Source: the human T2T-CHM13v2.0 reference genome, Homo sapiens
NCBI RefSeq assembly: GCF_009914755.1
Contig: NC_060932.1
DNA length: 64,000 nt
Direction: 5' to 3' (one strand)
Position numbers and translations under genes: made by a program. A model generated the notes under the pieces. That model saw only the letters and a list, made by a program, of their open reading frames with translations. It was not told the origin of the DNA and made no database searches. Numbering within the stretch: position 1 is the first letter of the stretch; each line of letters starts with the position of its first letter. This document shows, piece by piece, positions 27,150 through 42,682 of this stretch.

Positions 27150-27330
27150 GTTTTTAGAACACAGGTACCATACTCCTGGGTGATTTGATTCAAAAATTGA
27201 TTTTTCAGTTTCATAATTGTGTGACCTTAGATATAATTTTCAAATTACTTAACTTCTATCTCTAACATATAGTAACATATAGTCATCCTTATACAATGGA
27301 AATGGGGCTGCTTACCTCTCACTAAGTATA
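27150..27330 (+). mobile_element. MIR fragment
   Basis: tagaacacagg...ctcctgggt...ttgtgtgaccttag...ttacttaacttcta. Confidence 0.5.
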
Positions 27331-28689
27331 TGCTATAGAGTGAGATAGATATCGTGACATCATTAATTATTATTTATTGCTCATCCATTGAGGTACATAA
27401 ATTAGAAGATTAAAAAGGATATTGGCCTTTTAAAAAGTGTGTGAATGGGCAATCACAGAATAAATATTAATGCAAATATAGATGCAGTTTCCCAAAGTCA
27501 TTAGTAGTAAGCAAAAGTAAAATTAGAGAACACAGGATAATTTTTCTCCGCAGATTGTAGTATATGGTATAGCCAAAAGTATGAGGCAGTAGGCACCCTC
27601 AGACACCATGAGAAGGCAGGAGTAATGACTCATCTTTTGAGGGAGAGAAATTTAAAAGCACCTCAAAACTGTAAATTTAAAAGTGTAGGCTTTTTGACCT
27701 AGAAATTTTACTTTTAGAAATCTATTCTAAGGTGATTTTTAGCCCCATGTGGAACAAATGTGGATGTCCCCTTAACCTCTCAAACCCCTCAGAAAAACAT
27801 GATAAAAAACCGTGCTAGTACAAAATAACAAATGCATAATAATCAAGTTCAAAAAGAAAGACATACACAAACGCACAGACATACGCATGCACGTAAGTGA
27901 AATAAGATAGCCTCAGTTTCCAAAATTAAAAAGAGAACTGAAAATCCAGCATGAAAAGTAGATAATAGCTCATATGAATTTTGATCTGGGAGCACTGAGG
28001 TTTTTATTCCCTCTAATGCACAGGAGACTTAACTTCTGGTTAAATGAGACAATGGGCTGGAACAAAGATTCTGATATAACACTTCCAACTGAAAAGGGGA
28101 GCCCTAGGAAAAGTGGATAAGAAAAACTCTATCCATTTTGTCCTTTCAAAGTGTCCAAAGAACTCTGTCTTTTCAGTGTAGTCAGAAAAAGAAAGAAAGA
28201 AAGAAAAGAACAGAAAAAAACTCTAATGTAAGGGCTTGGAGGCAAAATCTACAGCATTAGCCATCTATATTTTAAGTGGTGGAGGCAGGATTTAAAAACC
28301 TAAAAGTGTTTTCAAGTTTCACTTATCCTTAATTCATAAATTTGCTTTTTTTCTTATAAAATTTATAGCCATATAACCAACTATATCTCTTATTTTGGGG
28401 GAGAAATAAAAATGAAGCCGAGAGATAACTTTTCCACTAAATTATAACAGTTGTATAGAATTTCATGACCAGGTTAAAAATCTAACAAGTCTGGCTCCAG
28501 AGACTTTTACCTAAATCATTTATGAAAACAACCCAGGCTGAAATGAGTTAGCAGATGCAACAAAAATTATAGTACTCTCAAAACCAGGAGAAAACTAAAC
28601 AATTTAAAATAAATTATTATTTTAAATATTTTTAAATGATTGAAGATACATAAGAGGGAATAGAAATCTTAACGAAAGAATATGATACC

Positions 28690-29002
28690 GGCCGGGCGCG
28701 GTGGCTCACGCCTGTAATCCCAGCACTTTGGGAGGCCGAGGCGGGTGGATCATGAGGTCAGGAGATCGAGACCATCCTGGCTAACAAGGTGAAACCCCGT
28801 CTCTACTAAAAATACAAAAAATTAGCCGGGCGCGGTGGCGGGTGCCTGTAGTCCCAGCTACTCGGGAGGCTGAGGCAGGAGAATGGCGTGAACCCGGGAA
28901 GTGGAGCTTGCAAGTGAGCCGAGATTGCGCCACTGCAGTCCGCAGTCCGGCCTGGGTGACAGAGCGAGACTCCGTCTCAAAAAAAAAAAAAAAAAAAAAA
29001 AA
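28690..29002 (+). mobile_element. AluYb8 element
   Basis: Diagnostic 7-bp duplication gcagtccgcagtccg plus gggtggatcatgagg, aacaaggtg and gagattgcg; pure A tail; perfect 15-bp TSD aaagaatatgatacc (28675-28689, 29003-29017). Confidence 0.97.
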
Positions 29003-29068
29003 AAAGAATATGATACCACAAAAAATACTAGACAGACTTCAAACAAATAAGGTAGAACATCTGAAAGT

Positions 29069-29071
<3 letters not shown>

Positions 29072-29122
<51 letters not shown>
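29072..29122. repeat. (AT)25 microsatellite
   Basis: Uninterrupted AT run. Confidence 0.97.
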
Positions 29123-29129
<7 letters not shown>

Positions 29130-29600
29130 AATAGAAAATGCAATGGACTGCTTAAGTGATAGCCAGGCACAGCTAAACAGGGGGTGAGAAAATGGGGAGA
29201 CAGATCTCAGAAAAAGTCCTAAAATGCAACCAAGAGCAATAAGAGGTTGGACACATGAAAAACAGTTAAGTGACGTGGACAATAAAATGAAAATATTAAG
29301 CATTCATCTAAGTTTGTGTGTGTGAGAATAGAGAGGGAAGAAATATCTTTGGGAAAAAATAGCAGCAAATATCCAGAACTGAAAAAGACATGGTTATTCA
29401 GATTGAGTTCTGAGTAAGAGAAATAGAGCAGAAATCTTCCTCACTGAGTGAGTTCTCTTGACTTACTCAGAGACTCAGCCAATCAGTGGGTTTTTTCCAT
29501 TCTCTCTTGCCAGTTCTTATAGTGTACTTCACACTTAAAACTAGGAAGTCACTATATAGTACATCAGTGCACTCTTGCTCCTACCAGTTGAATTCTATTT

Positions 29601-29933
<333 letters not shown>

Positions 29934-30378
29934 TTGAATTCTATTTTTAAAAATTCAGTTCTGTTTTGTCTGTAACTGTTAAGGAGAGTTGCACATGTTA
30001 TTTTTATTATCCAGACCAATAAAATATCAACATAAAAGAAAAAATTGTGTCAAGAAAAACTAAATTGAATGTTTTGGGAGAATTCCATAAAGGTATGCCA
30101 CTTAAATAAAGCAGCTATAAAATTAGGTTTTGGAAGGAAGTCAAAAGTCATAAATATCTGGAATATGGTGAACACAACTGCTTCCTATAATGTCTTTTAG
30201 GTTCTTGCATTCACTGTAGAGACACTGGAATTGGAAATTGTAGAGAATGCATAATGATGCATAATGTGTGTAGTTCATGAAGGAAAGATAAGATAAAAAT
30301 AAGACCAGTAGGCCTGTCTCGAAGGGACTCGTCTATTTTAAAACATTTCCTAACAGTATAAATTAAATGCTTAAGATA

Positions 30379-30635
<257 letters not shown>

Positions 30636-30849
30636 TAATTGTTGTTTTAAATGATTCCCACCTTTAGCAAATTTTCCATTTCTCCAGTGAGCTAATGGCT
30701 ATAATAAGAAATCTTCCTCTAAAAACAACAACAACTACAGGACATCCAAGTCAGGAACAGAAAGGAAATTACTTACCAAGAGAGAAAAAAAAAAAAACCC
30801 AAAACAATAGCAGAGTTCAAATCAGCAACTGTATCTATGATTCCACCGC

Positions 30850-32090
30850 TAAATCTAAGGTCATGATTTCCCCTATAACTTCTTCTAGGAGTTACAATTT
30901 TTAGCCCTTGCATTTAGGTTGTTGTACCAGCACCATTAGTTGAAGACTATTCTTTCTCCTTTGAATGGATGTGGCAACCTTGTCAAATATCAATAGGCCA
31001 TGGATTTATAGATTGATTCCTGGACTTTCAATTCTTTTTTTAAATTTATTTTTTATTTCAATAGGTTTTTAGGGAGTAGGTGGTGTTTACTATACGGATA
31101 AGTTCTTTAATGACGATTTCTAAGATTTTGGTGCACCCATCACCCAGGCAATGTACACTGTATCCAACATGTAGTCTTTTATCTCTCACCCGCCTCCCAC
31201 TCTTTCCCCCTAAGTCCCCAAAGTCCAATGCCTCATTCTTATGTCTTTGTGGTGGACTCTCAATTCTATTCCATTGTTTTACATGTCTGTTCTTATGCCA
31301 GTATCATACTGGTTTGATTACTGTAACTTTGTAGTAAGTTTTAAAATTGGGAAGTATGAGTTCTCCAACTTTGTTTTTCATTTTTTAATATTGTTTTTGC
31401 TATCGAGGGCTCCTCGCAATTCCATATGAATTTGAGAGTCAATTTTTCCATTTCTGCAAAATGGCTATTGCAATTTCAATAAAGATTGCCCTAAATTTGT
31501 AGTCACTTGAGGTAGATATTAACATCTTAACAACATTAAGTCTTTCAGTTCCTGGACACAGGATATCTTTCCATTATTTTAGGTCTTCTTCAATTTATTT
31601 CAGCTACGTGTTATGGTTTTCGTTATACGAGTCTTTCACCTCCTTAGCTAAACTTATTCCCTGGTATTTTATTCTTTTAGATACTACTGTAAATAAATTT
31701 TTTTGTTTTCTTTGTTGAGTGCTCATTGCAAATATATAAAAATACAACTGATTTGTGTCTATTGATCTTGTACCCTATAATTTTCCTGCATTTGTTTATT
31801 AGCTCTAGTAGCTTTCTGGTGGATTATTTGGGATATTCTTTTTGTAGGCTTATGCTATCTGTAAATAGAAATAGTTTTACTTGTTTTTTAAAAGATTTGG
31901 ATGCCATTTACTTCTTTTTCTTGTCAAATTGCTCTGGCTAGAACTTCCAGTGTAATGGTGAATAGCAGTGTTCAAGAAGCCATCCTTATCTTGTTCTTGA
32001 TCTTAGGAAGAAAGTTTTCAGTCTTTCATCATTGAATCTTTCATTACGTTAGCTGCAGGGTTTTCATAAATGCCCTTTATTATGTTGGTG
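30850..32090 (-). mobile_element. Old L1 (L1MB/MC-like) ORF2 fragment
   Basis: cagcaccattagttgaagactattctttctcc...ttgattactgtaactttgtagtaag...ctggctagaacttccagt...gatcttaggaagaaag. Confidence 0.85.
31036..31250 (-). mobile_element. L1PB1-like 3' end inserted in the older L1
   Basis: tttcaataggttttt...gattttggtgcacccatcaccc...agtccccaaagtcca; 15-bp TSD tggactttcaattct (31021-31035) / tggactctcaattct (31253-31267). Confidence 0.88.
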
Positions 32091-33903
32091 CACTGGCTTA
32101 TAAAAATGTAACACTATTTGGGTATTTTTAAAAACAGAAGAAAAGGTCAGAAAACTCAGTTATTTCAAAGGAGATTGAAATTAAAGCATTCTAATATCCT
32201 CAGATTTTTCTGAAGGAGATAGACAATTGGTCAACACTTGTAGACTTTATTATGTATTCTTTTAGTGCTTAATTTAAGTGTTTAACATGCTCACTTGACT
32301 TATCACAGTTTATATAAATAAGGAGGAAAACGCAGGAAATAGAAAATAAACAAATGTGATTACTCGGATCAAAGGAATTTTTACAAAGAGAAATTCTAAG
32401 ATTTGCCTTTTAAAAAATCAATAGAATGTAACTGAATAGTATATAATTACGAAGGGGACATCTGGAATATATTGAGAAAATGTGAGTTAAATAGATGAAA
32501 AAAATACTAGGAAAATAACGGAAAGAAAGTTGTTCTACAATTTTAATAACAGGCACAATGGGCTTTATGGAATTTTAGTCTACCTGACATTGGAAGGATG
32601 CAGCTCCCAGAGTCAATGACAGCAGGAAGAAGACGACTGGGAACACCAGGAAAAAAGGAAGCTCAGAAGGAATTCAGGAAGCAGGAAACATTGCAACACA
32701 CTTAGGCAGGAATAGCCTGGTCAGTATGTTGCCACAGCTGCTGCTGCTGTCATCACCTCTGTTACTGCTGCTACTGTGAGGGTTCTGGCCTTCAAAATTT
32801 CTAGATTTCTTGTTTCTCTCACGTACAGTTCAGAGTCTCGGAAGCATGGTATGAGGGCCTTGTAGGAAGGCACAGATTATATGGTGGAGGCAGGCAGTAG
32901 GAATTGGTCTCTAGCCAACATCATCAATAGTGGAAAGCAGAAATTCACCAAAAAGAAACTAGGGAGACTTTACATAGAATAATATATGAGAATTTTTAAA
33001 AGTGTCTGGAAAGAGATGAGAATTAGAAGCAATTACTAATGTAGAAGGAAAAAGATAGACCAATCAGAATTTTTAAAATTCTATATATTTATGTAGGTTT
33101 TTACATATTTTATGATAAAATTGCACTCATGCATGGCTTGTGTATTCTTTAAAAATATGTCCTAAAATTATATTTAAAAAAGAACATTTGCCTTTAAGAG
33201 TTGGAAGTATCTACTCACAGCACTTTTAAATTTTCACGGGAATAATTGATGAAAATCCTGCTTCAGCAAAATTCAACGAAGGAGAAATCTTCCTGGGACT
33301 GTAGAAATTTCACCGTTGGCTAATCTACTTTTTTTTTTTTTTTCCTTGAAATGCACTGGCTTCATCTACCTTTAGAAGTTCCTTCTGTTAAAAACTCTAG
33401 ATGATTTTTTCCTCCCTCTGAAGCCAGCTAGATACTTTGTAGTCAAACAAATTATCAGAAAAATTGCTGAATCTGGAGATTTTGCTGTAGTAAAAATGTG
33501 GCCACTGCCTTCTCAAAGTAGCTCACCATTTGGGATTATATATGAAAACCCATGTAAAATAAAAGCTGTCAAAATGACAAAAAAATTATGTCATGTTCGA
33601 ATTATCATATTTCTATGGAAATTTAGTTTTATAGGTGTGTAGGGGTGTTGTCTGTGTCTATATCTGAGAAAGAAGGAGCAGGGAGAGAGAGAGAAACAGA
33701 CAAAGAGACAAAGACAAACAGACTGACTCACTTCAACTCTGTAAGGCCAATGTAGCTATTTGTATTCCAGGAAAAACAATCTGGAGTATAAAATGGACTG
33801 AAATATGTACCTTTACTAATAATACTTATCTAACACTGTAACTGAAGTTAATTGTCTATGACATAAATCAAGAGAGTCACATTTTGGAGGTTTCTTTCTG
33901 TGA

Positions 33904-34323
<420 letters not shown>

Positions 34324-34720
34324 GTGTGGTAGTTTTTATACTAGACAATAAGGACCAGAGTGAATCGAACACAGGATGAGGAGAGACACACAAGAAGCCA
34401 GGGAACCAATATAGGACAATGTGATCTGTGCTAGGATGTCCAGAAAGCTTTGGGGGCTCAGAAAGAAGACAATTACTAGATGGGAGTGAAGATTTGGTAA
34501 AGGAACATGTTAGGATCAAGAAATAAGCGAATGGAGTCTAAAGGATAAAAACTCCAGTAGAAAAAGTAAAGAGATTTTAAGTAACGTTAATTGATAGGAT
34601 ATGATCTCTGGGAGATTCTGGGGCAATGAGGCAGAGTACTTTAGGAATATCATTATTTCTAGTGGGTAGGACAGAGTTTTGCTTGCAGCATGTGTGATTC
34701 TGGGTTGATGAGAGGGGAGC

Positions 34721-35308
34721 TGTAGTGGCCATCAGCTGTTTTTACTGTCCAGTGTCTATTAACCTTCTTTCAGGGAACATTAACCTGAACCCCATTCCAT
34801 TTGGGGAATTAGCTCCTTCCCCACTTCTGGTCCCTTTGGCTTTGTAGAATCTGACACATATCTTGTACACACATGTACAAAGACACATACATGCACACTC
34901 ACACTCTCAGCATTCCTGAGGGGAGCACAGGATCTTGGACCAACCACTACTGTTCATGCCTTCAGCGGTTGTAATTGGTCAAGACATGGGCATGTGACTT
35001 AATCAGAACTAAAGCAGAACTTATTTGGTAAATTTCCAGGGATGAGGTATTCACTTTTTTCTGTTAGGCCTGAAGCCTGGAGAATACTGGGGCTGGAGCT
35101 CCAAGCAACCCCTTGCTATCACGTGGCACTTTAAACTGAAGCCAGTATGACAGAAGGCATAGTAAAGAGATGGAGAGAAACCAACTCCTAATTATATTTT
35201 CTGGGCCCTGAATCCAGTCTTTCATTTTATGTGAGCCAATAAGTTCCCTTTTTTGCCTGAGTTGAGTTGTATTTTCTTTCACTTGTAACTAAGAATCCAA
35301 TTGACGCA
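34721..35308 (+). mobile_element. MLT1J-like MaLR LTR
   Basis: tgtagtggcc...taattggtcaagacatgggcatgtgac...gtgagccaataagttccctttttt...cacttgtaactaaga. Confidence 0.7.
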
Positions 35309-35804
35309 GCCCCCAAAGAGGAAACAGTAGGGTGGGGAATGGAAGAGAACATGCTAATATTTATTAAGCAACTATTTTGTCCCCACCATGTAAAGCTAAG
35401 TACTGCTACTTTTTGTTTTTCAGTAAAGTTCACAATATTCCAGCAAACTAAATGACAGAACCGATCTCAATCCAAAGGTCTGCCTAATTCCAAATTCTAT
35501 TCCTTTTACCTAACACTGTGCTATCGGTTTGGGCTTTTCTCCAGGCCAGCATTTCCAAAACTGTGTTTCAGGGAATACTGGTGTTCTTTGAGATGTTAAT
35601 AAATGTTATGTGGGGAACAATTCTATTTTTGTCTTAGAAACCCTTAATTTAGAAGAAAATATCAAGCATATTTATGTATTGATGTTTTTGTTTCATATGT
35701 CTTAAGTGAATCAAAGGGTCTGATGAGACATCACCCGCAGAATGAATTATGGATGGCTAAAAATTATACATTGGTGCACAGGCAGTGTTTTCAAAATACA
35801 CAGT

Positions 35805-36066
35805 TGATATGGTTTGGCTCTGTGTCCCCACCCAAATCTCACTTTGAATTGTAATAATTCCCATGTGTCAAGACTGGACCAGGTGCGGATAATGAATCAT
35901 GGGGGCGGTTTCCCCCATGCTGTTCTCATGATAGTGAGTGAGTTCTCATGAGCTCTGATGGTTTCATAAGGGGCTGCCCCCTTTGTTCAGCACTCATTCT
36001 TTCTCCTGCCACCCTGTGAAGAGGTGCCTTCCACCTTGATTGTAAGTCTCCTGAGGATTCTGCAGC
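35805..36066 (+). mobile_element. THE1 (C/D-like) LTR, 3'-truncated
   Basis: tgatatggtttggctctgtgtccccacccaaatctcac...tgattgtaagtctcctgagg; the terminal ~100 bp are missing. Confidence 0.88.
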
Positions 36067-37097
36067 TTAAGAACAAAGTAACACAACAATGTACTGATTT
36101 ATAATTTTTATATCTTTATTTGAGGACTTAAGTTTGTGCATCCAACTTGTTCTGGGGATCTTATTCTATGTATTGCTGTTAGAGGTTTATACCACATGTG
36201 GCTATGTGGCTGTCAAAGGGAAGTTTTGAATAAAAAAAAACCTAATTGTTCTCAAATAAAACAATAAAGAAAACCAGAATTATTCTAAGTGAATGTGATT
36301 AATGGCAACTATAAACTCACCCTAAAAATTGTGAGGTAAACTTTTTAAGAAGAAATAATTACGTATTTTGGAAACTGCCATTTTTAAGCGTTAAAACATT
36401 AAATTTGTGTTATTCTCTTTGCTACAATTTACTTTTGAAAAATGAGAATTTTGGAATATCCTGGAAGTTAGACAAAATATTGGAATATATTTGATGCTGT
36501 GCTGAAAATGAAGATCTGACTCAGAAATATTCTTACTATGTAGTAACTGCATGAGAAAAGACATAGAAACGCTGTTCTGTTACAAAGGATGCATAATTTA
36601 ATGCCATGTTACATTATAAAAATGTATAAATATGGTTTACTTAATGTAGATATTTTAATTCCTTTTGTTCTTAATTTTTAAAAATAGTTTAGTATCTTTA
36701 AAGGCACTTTAGTTCCATTATAAAATTTTGAAGACATACAAATAATTTCTATTTCTTACAGAAATTATTTCACCTGAGACCCTTTTGGTTGTCTTTTACA
36801 ATGTAAGGGAGACTTTTTTTTTTTTGTATCTATTATTAGTTTTGCAAGTGGAAGGAATTGCCTGATGATTTCTCTGCCCTTAAAAATGTGAGGAGGTTGT
36901 GTAGGAGGCTCCTTATTCTACTGCCACATCTCTGGACAGTCGCTGTCCTGCCCTCTATCAAAGGGACTTATGAGAATCTTGGGCTGTTGGCAGCTTGGGT
37001 ACTTTCCTCAGAGGCTCAGTTGAAAGACAATGGAATACAGTCTTGTCTGCTGGATGATCAATGTGAAATGGGTTGCTTCTCTCTGAGAGGTTCTAGA

Positions 37098-37239
37098 CAG
37101 GGTGAGTTTCATGAACTTGCCACCTCTGCATTTAATTTAATGCTGAGCTGCTACTGTCTTGAGATTCTTAATAATTTTGAACATGGTTCCCTGCATTTTC
37201 GTCTTGCACTGTGCCCCATAAATTATATAGCTCTTCCTG
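37098..37239. mobile_element. MER45A-like hAT-Tip100 MITE
   Basis: caggg...tttaatgctg...gtcttgagattcttaataattttgaac...cttgcactgtgccccataaattatatagc...cctg. Confidence 0.75.
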
Positions 37240-37244
37240 CTTAT

Positions 37245-37770
37245 AAGGAGCTGAGTATATATAGTAAATAAAGTGGACAAAAATAGTTGTTTTCATGAGA
37301 CTTACATTCTGTTAGAGGAGAGAGAAAATAAACAGCATAAAGAAGTATGAAATTTAAAAGGTTTTAAATAGAAGATCAAAACTTGTGTATATGGGTGGAG
37401 TTTGAAGTTTTAGACAGGGTGGCTAAGAAGTCTTTAATGAGAATGTGACATTTGAATAATGACCTGAACATAATGAAGGAGTAAATCACAGTAAGACATG
37501 ATAGAAAAGTCTTCCAGGCAAAGGGACCAGCTTGCGCAAAGCCTGAGGGAAGAGGGTACGTAGAACAGTAAGCTGACCAAGGTAGCTGGAGAGATAAATG
37601 AGCAGAAGAGTAATTGAAGATGAGGTCAGAGAAGGTAATAAAAGACTTTGGATTTATTCTAAGTGTAATGGGAAGCCACAGGATGGTTTGGGCAGAAGAA
37701 TGACATAATCCAAAAGGATCACAGTGGCTGCTGTGTTGAGAATAGACTGAGGGAACAGAACTGACTGGAT
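37245..37770 (-). mobile_element. L2 LINE fragment
   Basis: gtgacatttgaataatgacctgaa...ttccaggcaaagggaccagc...gactttggatttattctaagtgtaatgggaagcca. Confidence 0.75.
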
Positions 37771-38177
37771 AAGAAGAATAGCTAATGGCACCTCAGTGAA
37801 GATAATGTAAGTCATCCACTCAATAGAAACTACATAGTCTGTGGTCCATATGCTCCTAGATGCTGTTGAATTATGAATCTTGCTCTAGTGGGTGCTTGAG
37901 TAGAGGTGGATTTTTCTAGATTTTAACTTGGCTTCTGTCTTCTGGTCTAGTCATCTTATCTCAGGCCTGTTGACCTTTCTCCTTCTATACAACCTCTCTA
38001 TATCTTACCACTCCAACTGGGAATCATTTCCAGTCTGTGGGCAGAGAGAAGTTGGGTCCTACCAATGTTACGCATCCAAACAGTCTCCTACTCGAAAGTG
38101 AACTGGCTACTTAACCCAAGCCTCACTAGTGAAAGCTAGGAATAGAGCTGTGGAAAAAAAAAAAATATGTCAATGAG

Positions 38178-38502
<325 letters not shown>

Positions 38503-38812
38503 CTACTCAGTTCTCTGAATGCTTGGGAGTCATTTGAAAAAGCAGATTCTGAGGAAGAAGAGTGAGGAAATGGTCAGCACGACTAGCGAATGGGAGCTTC
38601 TTGTCAAAGTGAGGAGAATTTCCATGAGTGGCAATGGAAGGATATACCCTCATGGCCCTGTTTCCTGTTATATGGGAATGTACAACATATTAGCAGGTTA
38701 CTACAGGAAGGGCATATGCATATATGATTCCAGTGGGCTGGGGGTTGGTGAAAATATCCCATCTCTTCCCCTTTCTATTTTCTGATCACCAGTCTTTTCT
38801 GTACATTTCTTT

Positions 38813-39211
<399 letters not shown>

Positions 39212-42200
39212 TAAGAAGAGTTTTGCCTGAAAGGAATGCTGAAGTTCCCTAAATTACTGTCTAATCATTTTATGCATTCTATTGTATAAACATAGTAAAA
39301 GGTGTTTTAGAAGCTATTCTACAGTTGTGGAGTCTATACAGTCTAGGGATATACATGTAGAGAAAAAGTGGTTTTTTTTATTATTTTTTTAACTTTGGAT
39401 TATGGCAAAGACTCACTCTATAACTCTGTCTTGACACTGTGATAAATTTCATTTATAAAGTAAATCAGTTGCTTAGATGACCACATTAATTAACATGATC
39501 AATTATTCTTTTTTAATCATATATGCTTAGGAGCAAATTTTTTTCAACTTTTATTTTAGATTCAGGGGGTACATGTGCAAGTTTGTTAAAAGGGTATATT
39601 GCGTGATGCAGAGGTTTGGAAGACAATTCATTCCATCCCCCATATACTGAGCATGCTACTGAAAAGTTCGTTTTTCAAACTTTGTCCCCCTCTCTTCCTC
39701 CTGCCTTGAGCAATTTTCAGTGTCTAATATTTATATCTTTGTGTCCCTGAGTGCCCAAGGTTTAGCTCCAACTTATAAATGATAATGTGCAGTATTTGTT
39801 TTTCTGGTCCTACTTTAATTTGCTTAGGATAATGGCCGCCAGCTGCATCCGTGTTACTACAAACGTGATTTTATTATTTTTTTTATGGCTGCATAGTATG
39901 CAGTGTTATATATGTATCACATTTTCTTTGTCCAATCCACTGTTAATGGGCACCTAGATTGATTCCATGTCTTTGCTATTATGAATAGTGCTGCGATGAA
40001 CATACAAGTGCATGTGTCTTTTTGGTAAAACAATTTGTTTTCCTTTGGATATATACTCAATTGTGGGATTGCTGGTTTGAATGGTAGTTCTGCTTTCTGA
40101 GAAATCTCCAAACTTATTTCTTTGAGAAAAAAAGAACTCTCCAACTGGTTTCCACAGTGGTTGAACTAATTTACATTCTCATAAACAGTGTATAAGTATT
40201 CCTCCTTTTCCACACCCTTGCCAGCACCTGTTATTTTCTGCCTTTTTAATAACCATTCTGACTGGTGTGAGATGGAATCTCATTTGTGGTTTTGATTAGC
40301 AATTATCTGGTGATTAGTGATGTGGGGCATTTTTTCATGTTTTTTGGCCACTAGTATGTCTTCTTTTGAGAAGTATCTGTTCATATCTCTCTCATTTTTC
40401 AATGGGATTATTTGTTTTTTGTTTGTTGAGTTGTTTAAGTTCCTTATAGATTCTGGTTGTTAGACCTTTGTTGGATGCATAGCTTATGAATATTTTCTTC
40501 TATCCTGTAAATTATCTGTTTACTCTGTTGATAGTTTATTTTGCTGTGCAGAAGCTCCTTAGTTTAATTAGGTACCACTTGTCCATTTTTTGTTTTGTTG
40601 AAATTGACTTTGACAACTTAGTCATACATTCTTTCCCAAGGTCGATGTCCAGAATGGTGTTTACTAGGTTTTCTTCTAGGATTCTTATAGTTCGAGGTCT
40701 TACATTTAGGACTCTAATCGATCTGAAGTTAATTTTTGTATATAGTGACAGGTAAGGGTCCAGTTTCATACTTCTGCATGTGGTTAGCCAACTATCTCAG
40801 GACTCTTTATTGAAAAGAGAGTCCTTTTCCCATTGCTTATTTTTGTCAAATATGTCAGAGATCAGATGGTCATAGGTGTGTGGCTTTACTTCTGAGTTCT
40901 CTATTCTTTTTCATTGGTCTACATGTATGTTTTCATACCAGTACCACGCTGTTTTGGTTACCATAGGCATATAGTATAGTTTGAAGTCAGGTAATGTGAT
41001 GCCTTCTGTTTTTTTTTTTTTTTCTTTTTGCTTAGGATTGCTTTGGCTATTTAGAATAGTTGTTTCTACTTAAAGAAAAATAACATTGATAGTTTTGTAG
41101 GAATAATGTTGAATCTCTAGATTTCTTTGGAGAGTATGACCATTTTAATGATATTGACTCTTCCCATACATGACTATTGAATGGTTTTCCATTTGTTTCT
41201 GTTATCTATGATTCCTTTTAGCAGTGTCATGTAGTTCTCCTTGTAAATCTCTTTTGCCTCCTTGGTTGACTGTATTTCTAGGTATTTTATTATTTTGTGG
41301 CTATTGTAAATGGGGTTGCATTGTTGATTTGGCTCTCAGCTTGGTTTTTGGTGTATAGAAATGCTACTAATTTTTGTAAGTTGATTTTGTATCTTGAAAC
41401 TTTGCTGAAATCATTTATCAGTTCTAGGAGCCTTTTGGTGGAGTCTTTGGTGTTTTCTATGCATAGAATCATATTGTCTGCAAAGAGAAATCATTTGAAT
41501 TCTTCTTTTCCTATGCAGATGCATTTTGTTTCTTTCTCCTGGGTGATTACTCTGGCTTGCACTTTCAGTACATGTTAAATAGAAATGGTAGGAGTGGGCA
41601 TCTTTGTCTTGTTATAGTTCTCAGGAGAAATCCCTCCAGTTTTTGCCCATTCAGTATGATGTTGGCTGTAGGTTTGTGATAGATGGTTCTTATTATTTTA
41701 ATAAGATAGTAAGAGGGCTCTTATTATCTTATTATATCCTTTTGATGCCTAGTTTCTTGTGGGTTTTTATCATGAAGGGATGTTGGATTTTATCAAAAGC
41801 CTTTTCCATGTCTATTGAGATGATCATATGGTTTTTGTTTTTAATTTTTTAATGTGGTGAATCACATTTATTGATTTGCAAATATTGAATCAACCTAGTA
41901 TCCCATGAATGTAGCCCACTTGATCATGGTGAATTAACTTTTTAATGTGTTGTTGGATTCAATTTGCTAGTATTTTGTTTAGGATTTTTGTGGCAATGTT
42001 CATCAGGGATATTGGCCTGCAGTTTTATTTTTTTGTTGTGTTTTGCCAGGTTTTGTTATCAGGTTGATGGTAGCTTTGTAGAATGAGTTATGGAAGAGTC
42101 CTTCCTCCTCAGTTTTTGGAATAGTTTCAGTAGAATTGGTACCAGCTCTTCTTTGTACATCTGGTAGAATTCGGCTGTGAATCTATTTGATGAAGGGTGT

Positions 42201-42257
42201 TTTTGATTGGTGGATTTTTTTATTACTACTTCCATTTTCGAACTTGATATTGGTATG

Positions 42258-42682
42258 TGATATAGTTTAAATATTTGTCCTAGCCTAAATTTCCTGTTGA
42301 ATTCTAATCCCTAATGTTGGAAGTGGGGCCTGATGGGAGATGTGTGGATTATGGAGATACATCTTTTATTAATGGCTTAGGCCATCCCCTTGGTGAAAAG
42401 TGAGCTATTGTTCTAAATCCATATAAGATCTGATAATTTAAAAGTGTGTGGCACCTCCCACTCTCTCTCTTTTGATCCCACTCTGGCCATGTGACATGCT
42501 TGCTTCCCATTTGCCTTCTGCCATGATTGTAAGCTTCTTGAGGCTTCTCCAGAAGCTGAGCAGATGCCAGCACCATGCTTCCTGTAAAGCCTGCAGAACC
42601 ATGAGCCAATTAAACCTCTTTTCTTTATAAATTACACAGTCTCAGGTATTTCTTTATAGCAATACAAAAACAGCCTAACACA
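42258..42682 (+). mobile_element. MSTA-like MaLR solo LTR inserted in L1 ORF2
   Basis: tgatatagttt...gcagatgccagcaccatgcttcctgtaaagcctgcagaaccatgagccaattaaacc...ctaacaca; degenerate 5-bp TSD gtatg/ttctg. Confidence 0.92.

Larger units (their letters stand above)
28520..29420 (+). mobile_element. Very old L1 (L1ME/MD-like) ORF1-region remnant
   Basis: A-rich degenerate sequence with aatgcaatggactgcttaag...cacagctaaacag...gagacagatctcag...ccagaactgaaaaagacatg. Confidence 0.45.
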
